In this document: positions 20,444 to 32,959 of the stretch, in pieces | Layout: each line of letters begins with the position of its first letter | Numbering within the stretch: position 1 is the stretch's first letter | Source of the DNA: Chloropicon primus | Lineage: Eukaryota | Direction of reading: 5' to 3' | DNA length: 64,000 nt | Assembly: GCA_023205875.1 (NCBI GenBank) | Contig: CP060770.1 | Coordinates: 186,001-250,000, forward strand | Position numbers and translations under genes: made by a program | Notes under the pieces: model-generated | Told to the model about the DNA's origin: nothing | The model's input: only the letters and a program-made list of their open reading frames with translations | Database searches by the model: none

Positions 20444-22480
20444 ATGCCACCCAGTACTGAGATAGTACCGGTAGACTCCGCTCCCAGAGAGGAGCAGGCC
20501 TCAACATCTGTAGCAGACGAGCTCACAGGGACTCCAACTCACCTCAAGCCCACAGCAAACTTGCCCAAAGGCAGCGAGGTAAGTTCAAACACAAAGAGCT
20601 TTGGGGGCCTTGACTACTTGGTCTTTGTTACAAGATAAAGGGACACACGAAAAGCTTGGACGTGGAAAGAGTTTAGCTTCATCCACCTGCATTGACAAAG
20701 CATTGGCCTGACTTTTCCCATCCCTTCTCTCTCTCTCTCTCTCTCTCTTTGAACTTGGTCCTCTCCTGGTCTTGGTCTTCTTGGTTTTGCCAACTTGCCA
20801 TGGTTTCAAAAGGTGTCTGAGGTAGCCACCAGGTTGGGCATTGACCCCGTCTATGACACGGACTTGTTGTACATTGCTGAAGAGTTCCTGCTGACGCCTC
20901 TGCCATGTAAGTAGCATCTTTGGACATTCACCTTGGACCATTGGTTTTTGAGTTTGACAAAGGAGGTATGCTGACACAGTCGTTGACTCTTGCTCCTCTT
21001 CGCAGTGGGCTGGACAGAGTACAGCAACGATGACGGCCGAATTTATTACTTCAATGAGAAGAGCAGAGCTACCCAGGTGAGTCCACACATCTTTGCCTTT
21101 CCCTTGAAGCGTTGTTGGGGACTGGATACTGAACGAAACCGCTTCGGTTGACTCGCTGGCGCTCGTGCCAACCACTAGTGGGACCACCCGCTCGAAGACT
21201 ACTACAAGGGCATTGTCTTCATGCGCAAGATTGGTTACAATGTCCTGGAGAGGAAGATGCAGGAGCATCCACCAACGCCAGCAGAAGTCAGAGAGATGGC
21301 CAAGTATTATGGAGTGAACTTGTACGAGGAGTGGTCGATCATACCTTTTGTGAAGCTGACGGTAAACGCTCCGCTGCCACCAGAGTGGGAGGAGTACGAG
21401 GAGGAAGACGGGTCGAATTGCTACGTTCACGTCAAGACAGGGAACAAGAGCACAAAGGTGAGTCACGTTCAGAATTGTTCTTCCTGGTCTTGCTTCTTAC
21501 GACGACGCCTCGGGCCGTGTTTCTCTAACGTCGATTGCGTATCCCTTTCTTCATCATAACGGTCGTTCCAGCACCCTTTGGACGCTTACTTCTTGGAGGT
21601 GATCCGACAGAAGAGGTCCGAGGTGAACCAGGGAGCGAGCGATGGCGGCAAGAAGCTGAAGATCGACTTTGCGAAGTACTCGAGCTTCAACGACGAGACG
21701 ATACCGGAGCCTTGGATCGAGTTCTATGACAAGACCCTCGGAAAGAAGTTTTACTTCAACTTTGTAGCGAACGAGAGGACCTACCACCACCCATCTTTCA
21801 TCATGAGGTCAGACGTGATGCAGGACGCCTCGGTGCTGATCCAGGCCTGCGCCAGGAGCTGGCTCGCGCGCAAGAGGAGAGAGGACCAAAAGATGTCCGA
21901 CTCTGCGCGGGTCATCCAACGCAGCTGGAACCGAAGAAAGGAGAGGAAGGAGGGGAGGAAGCTTTTGGAGATCATGAAGTACAGGGACAATACCCCTCAG
22001 ATCGTGCTGATCCAGAGAAGCTTCAAGAAGCACTTGGTGGAGAAGAGGGAGACGGAGAAGAAGGAGGCGGATGCCGCGGTAAAAATACAATCTCACTGGA
22101 GGGGGAAGCAAGCCAGGTCCAGCGTGCCCGCCACTCTGAACAGGAAGAAGGCGGGCAAGCTGCCTGACATCTCCATGGAGCTTGGGAAGAGCGCGAGGAG
22201 CGAGACTTTGGGCAAGATCGAGGATTCCATCCAAAAGATGAACGCCTTCGCGCTGCCCCCCGAGCCCTTGCTAGAACCAAGCCTCCTGCAAGCCGAGTCG
22301 AGTAACTCCACGATACTCTCCGTCAAGAAACTGAAACCAAAGCCAGCAAAGAAGAGGCGGAAGAGAAGGAGCACGATGGTTGGTGGCGGTCGCAGGGCAT
22401 CGGTGGCCGGAGGATCCTCCGCCCGAAGAGCTTCGATCGCTGGAGGCCGAAGAGGATCCGTGGCAGGAAGTAAAAAGTAA
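20444..22480 (+). CDS. Multi-exon WW-domain plus IQ-motif protein with two CEP164-like N-terminal modules
   Basis: RLGIDPVYDTDLLYIAEEFLLTPLP..W..YYFNE..WDHPLEDYY; EVREMAKYYGVNL..APLPPEWEEY; third WW-like PEPWIEFYD..FYFNF; IQ motifs IQACARSWLARK and IQSHWRGKQAR; exon boundaries approximate. Confidence 0.7.
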
Positions 22481-23183
22481 AAGTAAGCGCTTACCAAGAA
22501 GCCTTTTTCTTGCTTGCCAAACCCAAATCAAAATTCTTCTTTTGTCGCATCACCATCATTGTCATCATGAAGAAGGGAAGAGGAGGAGATGCCCTTCCGT
22601 GCTGGAAAGGCAAACGAGAAGCAGCCACCTCCACACGACCTCTCTCTCTCTCTCTCTCCTTTCAAAGATGATGAGGATGATGATGTTGATCCTCCTCCGT
22701 CATCTCCCTTTCCTAGGACGCGGCGTCCTTCCACTTAACGTCTAAAAAAAACGACAAACAATGAAATTTGCGGGGGAAAAAATTAACGACCGAGCACGAA
22801 CTCGAGGCCCCGCGGCCTAGTCCAGCAAAGGTTGTTGCAGACTTCCAACAATTCTTGCTGTCGTATAGGATTCAAAACACCGAGGCCATTGAATTGCCTA
22901 CACCTTGCATCCTTTGCTGCTTGCTGCTCCACAAGACTTGAGGTAGAGACGAAGCTTTCCCAAGAAGACACTTGGCAATAGCATAGGCATCAACACCAGC
23001 AGCATCAGCACCAACAGCAACATCTTTGTGTCACCCTTTCTTTTGAGCATGAGCTTCAGCAGTAGAGCGTGAGGGAGAAGAGAGGCAGGGAGATACGATA
23101 CACGGGAGGATTCAGCATCCCCTCAAGTTTGTTAAAGGGAGAGAGCCCGAACGAACTGGAAAATATTTTCAGAGTGGGACAAG

Positions 23184-25286
23184 ATGACATCTTTTTCGTC
23201 GAGCAAAGGCCTTGGCGTTGTCCTGGCCTTGGGAATTGCCATCCTTTGTGCCTCAGCAGCGGCACAGGAGGTGGTTTACGAAGGTAGCTTCCAGTGGAGG
23301 GATTACGTAGAGGAAGGGGAGATCGTGTCCGTTCGGCACTTGGTAGGCAACGAAGGAGCCAGTGGGGGGAGCTACCTTGACAGAGAATATGGGGGACATT
23401 CCTTTTATGGTTTCTATGGTGTTCTCGCAGAATTTGATGATCTATTTGAGGAGGAGGCACCTCCTGCACCGGAGCCAGCACCAACACCTCCTACACCAAC
23501 ACCGACTCCAACACCAACACCAACACCAACACCTCCTACACCAACACCAACACCTCCTACACCAACACCCACTCCAACACCAACACCCACTCCAACACCA
23601 ACACCCACTCCCACTCCAACACCCACACCCACACCCACACCAACACCCACTCCAACACCCACTCCAACACCGACACCAACACCGACACCAACACCCACTC
23701 CAACTCCCACTCCAACACCAACACCCACACCAACTCCTACACCAACACCAACACCAACACCAACTCCTACACCCACTCCAACACCCACACCCACTCCTAC
23801 ACCCACTCCTACACCAACACCCACACCCACTCCTACACCCACTCCCACTCCAACACCCACACCCACTCCTACACCCACACCCACACCCACTCCCACACCC
23901 ACACCCACTCCAACACCCACACCAACTCCTACACCCACACCAGCGCCAGCGCCACCAGTGGTACCTCCCACTGTTTCTGGCAGAGCTATCAGCTTCGGGC
24001 CACTGGCATCGTGTGATTACGAGACGAACACTGATGTGACAGGAAAGACAGACGCCAAAGGAAAGTTCAGCTTCGTCGTGCCTGCTGATGCCACCGACAA
24101 CCTCGATGTGATCTCGATTCGCGTCTTTGCTACGAACCAGGATTGCAAAGATACTTTCTCGGGCATGACTTTGGCTGGAGAACTGAAGTCGGTCACCCCC
24201 ACCTCATTCATCGGCGGACATTCCTTGGTGGTCTCCCCAATGTCGACCATTGCGGAAGAGAAGTACGGCTCCGCTTCACCCTCCATCACCGTGGCAACTG
24301 CAGAGTCCATCGTGGCAACTTCCTTCGGTCTGGGAGCGCACAAGTCGACGTCGTTTGATCACATCAATGCCTTGTCTTTGGAAGACAACAGCGTGGCCTT
24401 GGATGTGATGGCGACGACGGCAAAGCTCAACGCGGTAATCAACCTTGGCTCCGGCTACATCGCGAAGAAGGGACAGGCCAACGGCGTCACGGAAGCGTCA
24501 GCGAGGCAGTACATGTACACGGCTCTGACCAGTTACCTCGGGGTGGACCAAGCGTTTGACTTCACCACAACCACCGACACCATACAGGTTCTCAAGAACG
24601 CCCTTGCTTCTTTCGGTGCGGAGATTCTACCGGCAACCAGCAGGAGGGCCTTGCTGCAAGTATCGGAGGATGATCTGAACGCTCTCGCGGACGTTATGCT
24701 CGTCGTTTTCGAGACGGTGGAGAAAAAGAAGTCGGAAGGCACCGACGTGGCCACTGCTGTGGAGGAGCTGACGAAGACCACCATCGCTGCGGAGACAGAA
24801 GTCGTCAAGGACGTGGAGGCCCTCGGGGCGGGAACCTTGACTCCAGAGGCCTTCAAGGATGCCAATACCGCAGAGAAGGTGGAGAGCAAGGTTGCTGCTG
24901 CAGAGGTTCCAGCGACATTCCAGGACAGTCTTGAGGAGGCCCTCACACCTGACACGGCGGTGGTCCTGCCTCCGGCGCCTCCTTCGGGAGGGGACGACAG
25001 CACGACCTTGATCATAATCATCGTTGTTGCCGTTGTTGTCGTTGCTGGTGGCGGAGGAGTCTATGCCTTCTGGTACCGACGTAAGAGGAAGGGCCAGCAG
25101 GTTGCCGTCATGCCCGCCTTGGATGCTACCAAGCTTCCTGACCTCGAGGAAGGATCGAGGGGTGGGTTGCTGCCTCCTTTGGATTCTCCGGGTGGCGGAT
25201 CCAGCGGGGGGAAGGTCAGCGTAATGCCTTTCGTCGCATCTCCACCCTTGAGTCCCACACCAGCGATGCAAAAGAAGGGCCAATGA
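23184..25286 (+). CDS. Type I membrane/surface glycoprotein with a long (Pro-Thr)n stalk
   Basis: Signal peptide, ~155 residues of PT repeat, globular region, [29 protein letters not shown] followed by RRKRK. Confidence 0.85.
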   Translation: MTSFSSSKGLGVVLALGIAILCASAAAQEVVYEGSFQWRDYVEEGEIVSVRHLVGNEGASGGSYLDREYGGHSFYGFYGVLAEFDDLFEEEAPPAPEPAPTPPTPTPTPTPTPTPTPPTPTPTPPTPTPTPTPTPTPTPTPTPTPTPTPTPTPTPTPTPTPTPTPTPTPTPTPTPTPTPTPTPTPTPTPTPTPTPTPTPTPTPTPTPTPTPTPTPTPTPTPTPTPTPTPTPTPTPTPTPTPTPTPTPTPTPTPAPAPPVVPPTVSGRAISFGPLASCDYETNTDVTGKTDAKGKFSFVVPADATDNLDVISIRVFATNQDCKDTFSGMTLAGELKSVTPTSFIGGHSLVVSPMSTIAEEKYGSASPSITVATAESIVATSFGLGAHKSTSFDHINALSLEDNSVALDVMATTAKLNAVINLGSGYIAKKGQANGVTEASARQYMYTALTSYLGVDQAFDFTTTTDTIQVLKNALASFGAEILPATSRRALLQVSEDDLNALADVMLVVFETVEKKKSEGTDVATAVEELTKTTIAAETEVVKDVEALGAGTLTPEAFKDANTAEKVESKVAAAEVPATFQDSLEEALTPDTAVVLPPAPPSGGDDSTTLIIIIVVAVVVVAGGGGVYAFWYRRKRKGQQVAVMPALDATKLPDLEEGSRGGLLPPLDSPGGGSSGGKVSVMPFVASPPLSPTPAMQKKGQ
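23480..23942 (+). repeat. Coding hexamer repeat ACN-CCN (Thr-Pro)n
   Basis: acaccaacacccactcca.. array with synonymous variation. Confidence 0.95.
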
Positions 25287-25428
25287 GGCCAGCCGCGCCC
25301 CTACGCCGCAGCAATCGGAGGGTTCTTTGGCTTCAGACGCTATCGTAATATCTCGGACCAACAAAAGTTGAAACCAACTTTGCCGCCCTAATGTACTATA
25401 GATTCAGATTCTTCGGTACGCCGTCGTC

Positions 25429-26526
25429 TCAGTATTTGATGATCTTGACCTCAGTCTCAAGCTCGATCCCCGTTTTTGCTTTCACCTTGTCCTTCACGAC
25501 CCTGATGAGCTCCTTCATGTCCCTCGAAGATGTCTCCCTGGTTTCTGTGCACACGAGATAGTTGGCGTGAACCGGTGAGACCATCGCAGTCCCCACGGAG
25601 TAGCCCTTCAAACCCGCTCCGTCGATCAAAGCCCCGGCGGAGGGAACCTGCTCCTGGCCAGGACTGCAAGGCTGCTCCGGATTCCGAAACGTGCAACCGG
25701 CACTCTTGTCCCTCAAGGGCTGTGTCTCATTCCTCCTGTGCATGTAGGCCCGAGCGGTGGCTTTGGCGTTGGCGCTCGCCGCCACCGAGAACGTGCCAGA
25801 AACAATCGCAAAAAGATCATCCATTCCCTGGAACGGTGAAGTCCTGTACGTGAAACCCATATCACTCGACGAGCAACTCCCACTGCCACCCAATTCGAGC
25901 CTCCTGACTTGCCCACTTCTCGTCAGGAACTCCACGGAGGACAGAACCTCACAGGTCTCCCTGCCATTCGCCCCAGCGTTCATGTAGATGGCTCCACCCA
26001 CTGTGCCAGGAATCCCCGTTGCGAATTCGAGGCCACCCCATCCCGCCGTGCTCAGCCTCTGCCCAAGAGTGTTGAATGCATAACCCGAACCAACCTTCAC
26101 TTCAAGCTTGGCTGTCGTCCCATCCACTTCATCCACTTGATCAACATCATCAACATCAACAACAACAAGAGTAACTTCATCATCAACCTGTTGCTGCGTC
26201 GTTGTGGACGCCATCGTCGTCGGTTGCACGATTCCTTTCCTCGGCAAAGGAACATCGTCGCAGGACGTCAACTCGTTCAGGACCACGAGGCCTTGGTACC
26301 CTCGATCATCGAAGAGCAAGTTCGATCCCTTGCCAACGATGAGGACTTTGGCAAAGTTTTGTTTAGCAAAGTGTGCCGCCTGAGTGAGATCTTCCACCGA
26401 GGCGCATCGTGCAAAGTAACGTGCGGGTCCTCCGATGCCCAGCGTCGTGTAACGGCCGAGGGGGACGTTACGTTCCACCTTCAACGCTGTGCAAAGCGGC
26501 ATCCTCCTTGCCCAACCCACCATCAT
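25429..26526 (-). CDS. murB: UDP-N-acetylenolpyruvoylglucosamine reductase MurB
   Basis: TTLGIGGPARYF, VGKGSNLLFDD, GLEFATGIPGTVGGAIYMNAGA, FTYRTSPF, TQP..SAGCTFRNP, HANYL, LETEVKII. Confidence 0.93.
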   Translation of the reverse strand: MMVGWARRMPLCTALKVERNVPLGRYTTLGIGGPARYFARCASVEDLTQAAHFAKQNFAKVLIVGKGSNLLFDDRGYQGLVVLNELTSCDDVPLPRKGIVQPTTMASTTTQQQVDDEVTLVVVDVDDVDQVDEVDGTTAKLEVKVGSGYAFNTLGQRLSTAGWGGLEFATGIPGTVGGAIYMNAGANGRETCEVLSSVEFLTRSGQVRRLELGGSGSCSSSDMGFTYRTSPFQGMDDLFAIVSGTFSVAASANAKATARAYMHRRNETQPLRDKSAGCTFRNPEQPCSPGQEQVPSAGALIDGAGLKGYSVGTAMVSPVHANYLVCTETRETSSRDMKELIRVVKDKVKAKTGIELETEVKIIKY

Positions 26527-26912
26527 GAGGAATGAGGAGGAGGAGCTCCAGCTGTCAACCCATGAGTTTGAGGAGGGAATGGGGCCTCACTTGACTTGAC
26601 TTTGATGATTGAGAGGAGGAGGGGAGGAGGAGGGGAGGGGAAGAATGGTGGTGCACCTCCCCTTCTCTCTCTCTCTGTGAATGGATCTTGTTCAGTTGGG
26701 ATCTCCACGTTCCTCAAAGGATTGTAGCCATCGATGGTGAGGGGTTGCAGACTTGGAGAGAGAGAGGGAGGAGGAGGGGAGATGGATGGTTGGTTCAATC
26801 GTGTTTGTCATCGGCAGCACAGAAACAAGATCTTGTGCTTGATTCAATCCTCGGCTTGCGTCTCTTTTTACAACACAAAAGTTGTGGAAGGTTTTATACA
26901 TCGGTTGGTTGG

Positions 26913-28645
26913 TCAGATGTAGACCAAATAGTCGTGCAAGTTGATGCCGAGGCCTTTGGCAATCTTGAGCGCGGCGGCTTCCTTCAAGTTGCACTGGAGT
27001 CTGTAGTGCTCGCAGCACATCGATGCCGACTCCACGGAACCTGGGCTAAGCAGGCTTTGACTCGTGAACGTCTTGATGATCTGATACGTCTCTTGGCTGT
27101 GGACTTTGGTTCTGAGGTAATCCTCGTAGTCCGTGTCGCCTGACTCCTCCAGCTTGTCGAGAAGGTCCGAGTCCTCGAGGTAATCGCCCTCCAGCTTAAA
27201 CAGGGACTTGAGGATGCTGACCAGGCGCTCGACTGTGAAGGTTCCGGGGCCACCCAATTTGGCCTCCTGGATCTTCTCCGCCTTCTTGTTCATCAAGAGT
27301 GGATCCTTCCTCCTCCTCTTTACCGTTTTCGTGCGCCCAAAAATCCTGTTGTCGCTCGTGTGAGGGTTCCAACCAGCAATGTATGCGGCGAGAAGTATCA
27401 TTTTACCCATGTAGGGCATCGAGGTGACAAAGGCCTGCGAGTGCAAATCAGGAACGGCCTCACAACCAAAAGTGATCTCCGCGTCCCCGCCGTCCTTGGA
27501 TGATTGCTGCTCCAAGACCCTTTCCCTCTCGAAGAACTCGGCGAGGGTCACGTTTGATATCCCTTTGGCCCTCATGTGCTGAATCACCTTTTGCAACTTT
27601 GGCTTGAACCTCTTGCCTTCGGCGCCATCATCACAAGCGTACGAACCAAACAGCTTGGAGCTCAAGTACCTCAGCATGTGGATGGAGTTCGTGCACTGGC
27701 TGACGGAAGGCACCACGATGTTCAAGAACCTCTTCCACTGCTTTTCCTTCTCCTCTTCGCTGCTCAGGGCCACCGCGCCCGACAGCAGTTCCGAGGGCGA
27801 TAGTTTTGGAATCAGAACCTCTCTCTCGCTCAGCAAAATCTCTTGGAGCTGCTGCACGGTGTACGCGGGGAAGAACAAGCTCGTTGGTCCGTTCTCTTCG
27901 TACGACGAGCCCTGCTGAAACGAGTCCCAGCTCACCCTGGAGATCAGAATGATGCAGAGCTTGCACCGGATCTGAAACTGTTTCAGTTGAACCAAAAATT
28001 GCAGAAACTTTGTCCCTTCGGTGCTTCGCGCGCCTTCCGTGAGAGTCTCCACATCATCGATGACCCAATAAGCCGTCGATTTGGAGTTCCGCGAAGCTTT
28101 CAGCACGTTCAGAAGGTCCGCTGGCCCATTGCAGAGCAACCCACCCCTCTGCAAGCGACCACAAGAAAAGGCAAGGCAAGACAAGACAAGACAAGAAGAG
28201 TCAGAACCAAGCCTTCCCCGAGCACCGTACGCGGGCGGAGGGCCTCGCGCCGCCTTACCTTCCCCCCCATTTCCGGAAGCCACCCTTGCTCCCTCAGCTG
28301 CGTCAGGCCACTCGCTATGATGTTCTTCGTCGTTGCACATGCCCTAGCGCTCGTCCAAGCGAAAGGCCTCTCGATGGACCCAAGCACTTCTCTCACCACC
28401 ATCGTCTTGCCTGTGGTCTCCGGCCCGTGAACCAACAGAGGCGGACACTCGTCGTCCTCCCTCGATCCCAGAAGCCACAAAAGCTTCCTCACTTGCTGCT
28501 TCCTTCCGATGTATCCACGAACACTTTCGCTCTCTCCCTGGAGAGACGCTTCACAACCAACATCAACATCAACATCATCAACGCAACCTCCTGGCCCTTC
28601 CTCCGTTCCCCTGGAACCCATCGGCATCTCCACAACCATCACCAT
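26913..28645 (-). CDS. ORC5: Origin recognition complex subunit 5; intron ~28160-28255
   Basis: Walker A HGPETTGKT, VIDDVE, FFPAYT; C-terminal MPYMGKMILLAAYIAGWNP..DNRIF and GPGTFTVERLVSI. Confidence 0.88.
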
Positions 28646-28656
28646 CACTTCGCTTC

Positions 28657-29198
28657 GCTTCGCCTCAAGTGTGACGGTTCGATCGAAAGCTCGTGACAAA
28701 AACTTTCGCTCCGTCACCACCTCCGTCACCAGCTCCTCTCCCCCTCGTTGCCGTCGTCGTCGTCGTCGTTTAGGGTCTCCACCGATCGGGTTCGGCTTCG
28801 TTCGATTCCGATGGCCTCGCCTCGTCCTTGGAGCGACGACGTCACCGGTGGAGTGTGTGGGATCAATGGAAAGCTCGTGAGATGCGGTTTCGTTTGGTCC
28901 AACCCTCGAGTGCACCCTTTGCCCGCCTTCGTCCTCACGTCGCGCGCACGCGCCGCGTCTCTTTGCCTCTTTGGCTCAAACCTTCGTCCCCCTCGATTTG
29001 TGATAGTTTTGGCGCGAAGCCCCCAAAAGCAAAATCTCCATTAAATGGTTTAGCGAGACAAACTCTGATGATGATGATGATGATGATGATGTTGATGGAA
29101 TGGTTGGACAAGAGGAGGAGAAGGTGTTGATGGCATCCACATGGCCTCTTGCACTTCTTCGTGCTCTTTCCAAAGAGCCCTCACTTGATGGGGAAAGG
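28657..29198. promoter_or_regulatory. ORC5 promoter with 52-bp elements (+ 28657, 28841; - 29147)
   Basis: tcgaaagctcgtgac at 28683, tggaaagctcgtgag at 28867, ctttccaaagagccctc at 29166. Confidence 0.65.
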
Positions 29199-29206
29199 GA
29201 TCGTCA

Positions 29207-32200
29207 TCACAAGGCCATGGCGTCCTCCAGGACGGCGTGCTCCTCCTCCTTGTGGAGACAGGCAAAACCGGTGGCAGGGACAGCAGAGGAGCTCCTGCCG
29301 ACGTAAGGCAGGGGCTGGTCCACCGTCATTCCGAGGGCTCGCATGCAGGTCTCCATCCTCGGCATCACGTAGGCGTACGCGCCCATGTTCTTCGGCTCCT
29401 CCTGCAGCCACACGACCTTGGCGTTGGGGTACCTCCTGAGCTCCCTCAGCACCAAGTCGTAGGGGAAAGGACTGATTTGCTCGATTCTCACCATGTGGAT
29501 CTTGTCCTGCAGGCCGACCTCCTGCCTCTTGGCGTCCGCCTTGTAGTACATTTGGCCCGAGCAGAAGAGGACCTTGTCGACGTGAGCCTCCGGGGCGGGC
29601 ACGGGGGCCCGATCCGTGACGGAGGCGTCCATGATCACCCGCTTGAACCGAATCTGAGCCAGCCTATCGTTCTCCGCGTCGTCGTCAAAGTTGTCCAAAG
29701 AATCCTTGCACTTTGGGTGCTTGAGCAGATTCTTGGGCGACATTACGATCAGAGGCTTTCTGAACTCCCTGTGCACCTGCCTCCTCAGGAGGTGGAAGTA
29801 ATTCGCCGGCGTGGAGCAGTTCACGACCTGCCAATTGCACCTCTGAAGGTTCGTCCCCAGGTGAACTCCCTCGAAAAAATCGCTCGTGTCCGGATTCAAT
29901 GCCCCCTCCGGCAACTGAAAGGGATCCTCATCGCACATTTGCAGGAACCTCTCGAGCCTCGCGCTGCTGTGCTCCGCTCCGCCGCCGTCGTAGCCGTGGG
30001 GCAGGAGGACCACGAGGCCTGACTGCCTGAGCCACTTTGCCTCGCCGCTCGACAGGAACTGGTCGAAGATGACCTGGGCCCCGTTCGCAAAGTCCCCGAA
30101 CTGCGCCTCCCACATGATCAAGGAGTTCGGATTCACCAAAGAGTAGCCGAGCTCGAACCCGAGCACTCCGAACTCGGAGAGGGCAGAATTGCAGACCTTG
30201 AACGCCCCCTCCTCCTGGTCCTCAATGACGTGGCTTAAGGGGCAATACCTCTCCCCTGTTTTCTGGTCGTGAACCACGGCGTGCCTGTGAGCGAAAGTTC
30301 CCCTCTCGACATCCTGACCGCTCAGGCGGACGTGGTTCCCCTCGCGAAGCAGAGTCGCAAACGCGAGAGCCTCCGCAGTGCCCCAGTCAATCCCTTCGCC
30401 GGTCTCGATGGCCTTCAACCTGGTGTCGTAAATCTTTTTTATCTTCCTGTGAACATTGAAACCTTCAGGGATCTTGCACATGGCCGTACCAAGCTCTTTA
30501 AGGATCGGCATCTCGACGCCAGTAGTCTTGATCCGACCCAACTGCACGGGACTTTTGAAACCCAGCCAAACGTTCTCCAACCAGTGGAAGTCCTTCGCTT
30601 CGTAGCCCTTGGAAGCCTCCAGAGCAGTGGAGAGCTTGTGGTTGTAACTGTCCTTCATCGTCTTGCACTCCTGCTTCGTAACGGTCCCCTCCTTGAGTAA
30701 CTTGTTGGAGTAGATGAACAACGTGTCAGGAGTCTCACTGATGGTCTTGTACATCAGAGGGTGCGTGAAAGAAGGCTCGTCGCCTTCGTTGTGACCGTGC
30801 TTTCGGTAACAAATCAAGTCCACCACCACATCCGTCTTGAAGGCGGCTCGCCATCTCGCCGCCAACTCCATTACCCTGCAAACAGCCTCGGCGTCGTCAC
30901 CGTTCACGTGAAAGATCGGGGCATCCAGTGCCTTGGCCACGTCAGTGCAGTACGGGGAGGACCTGCTAAACTTGGGGTCCGTGGTGTACGCGACCTGGTT
31001 GTTCACAACGATGTGGACTGTTCCCCCAACAGTGTAGTCTGGCAGGCCCGACATGTCGTACGTCTCGTACACCACTCCCTGGCCGGAGTGCGAGCCATCG
31101 CCGTGCAAGAGAACGCACATGGTCTTCGACCTGTCGTGGTCCTTGGAATAGTGCTGCTTCGCCCTCGTCTTGCCGATAGCCAGGGGTGCCACCGCCTCAA
31201 GGTGGGAGGGGTTGGACAATATGCTGAGCTTGACTGGAAGGCCGGCACTTGTTTTGAAGAAGGGGTTGCTGGTTCCAAGATGGTACTTGACGTCCCCGTA
31301 GCCCGTGTATATCTCCTCACCGTCTTCACCTTTCTGAGGCTTTACCCCCTCGGTGAACTCGTTCAGCATCTGCTCGAGGGGCTTGCCGAGCACGTTTGCC
31401 AAGACGTTGAGCCTCCCCCTGTGCGCCATGGCGAAGGAAACTTCCTCCACGCCGAGTTCCGCGGCGGTGTCGACCATGCTGAGCATTCCGGGAATCAGGG
31501 ACCAGCCCCCATCCAGGCCGAACCTTTTGGTGGCGGGGAACTTCCTGTTCAGGAAATCCTCGAACATCACAGAATGAGCGGTCCTTTCCAAGATCTTCTT
31601 CTTGCCTTCCTTGTCAAACCACGCGCTGGAGGGCTCTTGAATGTTCTTCAGCAGCCAGTTGCGCATTTCTTTCGCAACAACAAGCAAGCGTGAGGCGTTA
31701 GCATCGCGAAAGGCGTGGCACGAAGGAGAGGAGTCTTACCTGGGTTGGAGATGTGGCTGAACTCGTACCCGATGTTGCCACAGTACAGCGCTTTCAGCTC
31801 CTGCACAAGGGACCCGACCGTCTTGTCGACGGACATGCTGACCATCCCGTTGCCTTTGCACGCGCGCGCACGCCGAGGAAAGCAAATTTGTCAGCAGTCC
31901 AAGGTCGAGGGAGGCATCAACGGTGCGACGGACGACTCGACTCACCTTTGATGGGAACGACCAAAGCCTTGATGGGATCTTCCGGATCGAGGCCGTAAAA
32001 CTCAGGCGACAGGCAGCCAAGATCCTCAGGCTTGTGAAGGCCAAGGGGATCCAAGTTCGCCATTCTGTGCCCCAGGTTCTCAAAGCTCTGCATCATCGCC
32101 AGCACTCTTGACATCTTCGCCTCCTGAGGGTTATTGTGTTGCGATCATTTCGTGCGGGGCTCTCGTCAGCAAGTTGCAAGTGGAGCGTGAGGCGCGGCGA

Positions 32201-32672
32201 CGACCGAAGGAGGGGAAACACTTACAGTCTCGACGCTGCGCAGAGTGCCTTGAATGCTCACGTTGGAGCTTGAGTACGCCTCGGACAGTTGCTGGGGCGA
32301 AAGCTTCGCCGTGGCTTCGAAGAACGCAGCCCAAGATGGCTCCACTTCATCGCCCCTGGCATGCTGGGCCTCGAGCGCCTCCACGTAGTTTGCGCTCGAG
32401 GCGGACAGGAAGCTGTCGTTCATCTGGGCCACGGTCTTCGGGTCTGGGGCTGTCGCAGCGCGCTCGCTTCCCTTGGTCCCTGCGGACGTGAGGCAAGGCA
32501 AAGCAGAAGACGGTCAGCCAAATCCACCCATCGATGGCAGGTAAAGCTCATCTCCGCTCAAGAGAGAAAGGAAAAGCGTTTACGTACCGTGAAGTCGAAC
32601 GGAGGAGGACGCGAGAAGCCACGGCCTCCCCCTCCTCATCCATCGCGAAGCCAAAGAAGCAACCGTCGCCAT
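29207..32672 (-). CDS. OGDH: 2-oxoglutarate dehydrogenase E1 component, mitochondrial; several 5' introns
   Basis: NDSFLS..SANYVE, GHRMANLDPLG, YCGNIGYEF, KRFGLDGG, MAHRGRLNVL, GDVKYHLG, NPSHLE, HGDG, SGQDVERGTF, WEAQFGDFAN, EHSSARLERFL. Confidence 0.95.
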
Positions 32673-32831
32673 GACGCTGGTCCCTCGCGTCACGCTCTCT
32701 CTCTCTTCGTCGCGTGTCCCCGAAAGCGAGAAGAGAAAACAATTGACGGAAAGTACGCGGCCAGCCTCTACCGCTGTCGACCCCTTCTCAAGGTTTAGGG
32801 TTGGCGCCAACGCCGTCGTCTAGAAGTTGGC

Positions 32832-32862
<31 letters not shown>

Positions 32863-32959
32863 AGGCTGTTGCACTTTCTGGGGCGTGAGCGTTACTTTTT
32901 CGGATTGGGCGAGCGTTTTATTTAGAGGAAGGTCAAAGGTTGGAGAGAGAGAGAGAGGA

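Noticed and set aside
23362..24039. His/Gln-rich and (GV)n ORFs
   Set aside because: Alternative frames of the (PT)n coding repeat
29066..29097. (ATG)n, (CT)n, (GA)n and (GGAT)n microsatellites here and at ~20150, 20320, 32830, 46745 and 61540
   Set aside because: Ordinary simple repeats; the poly-Met ORFs they create are artefacts
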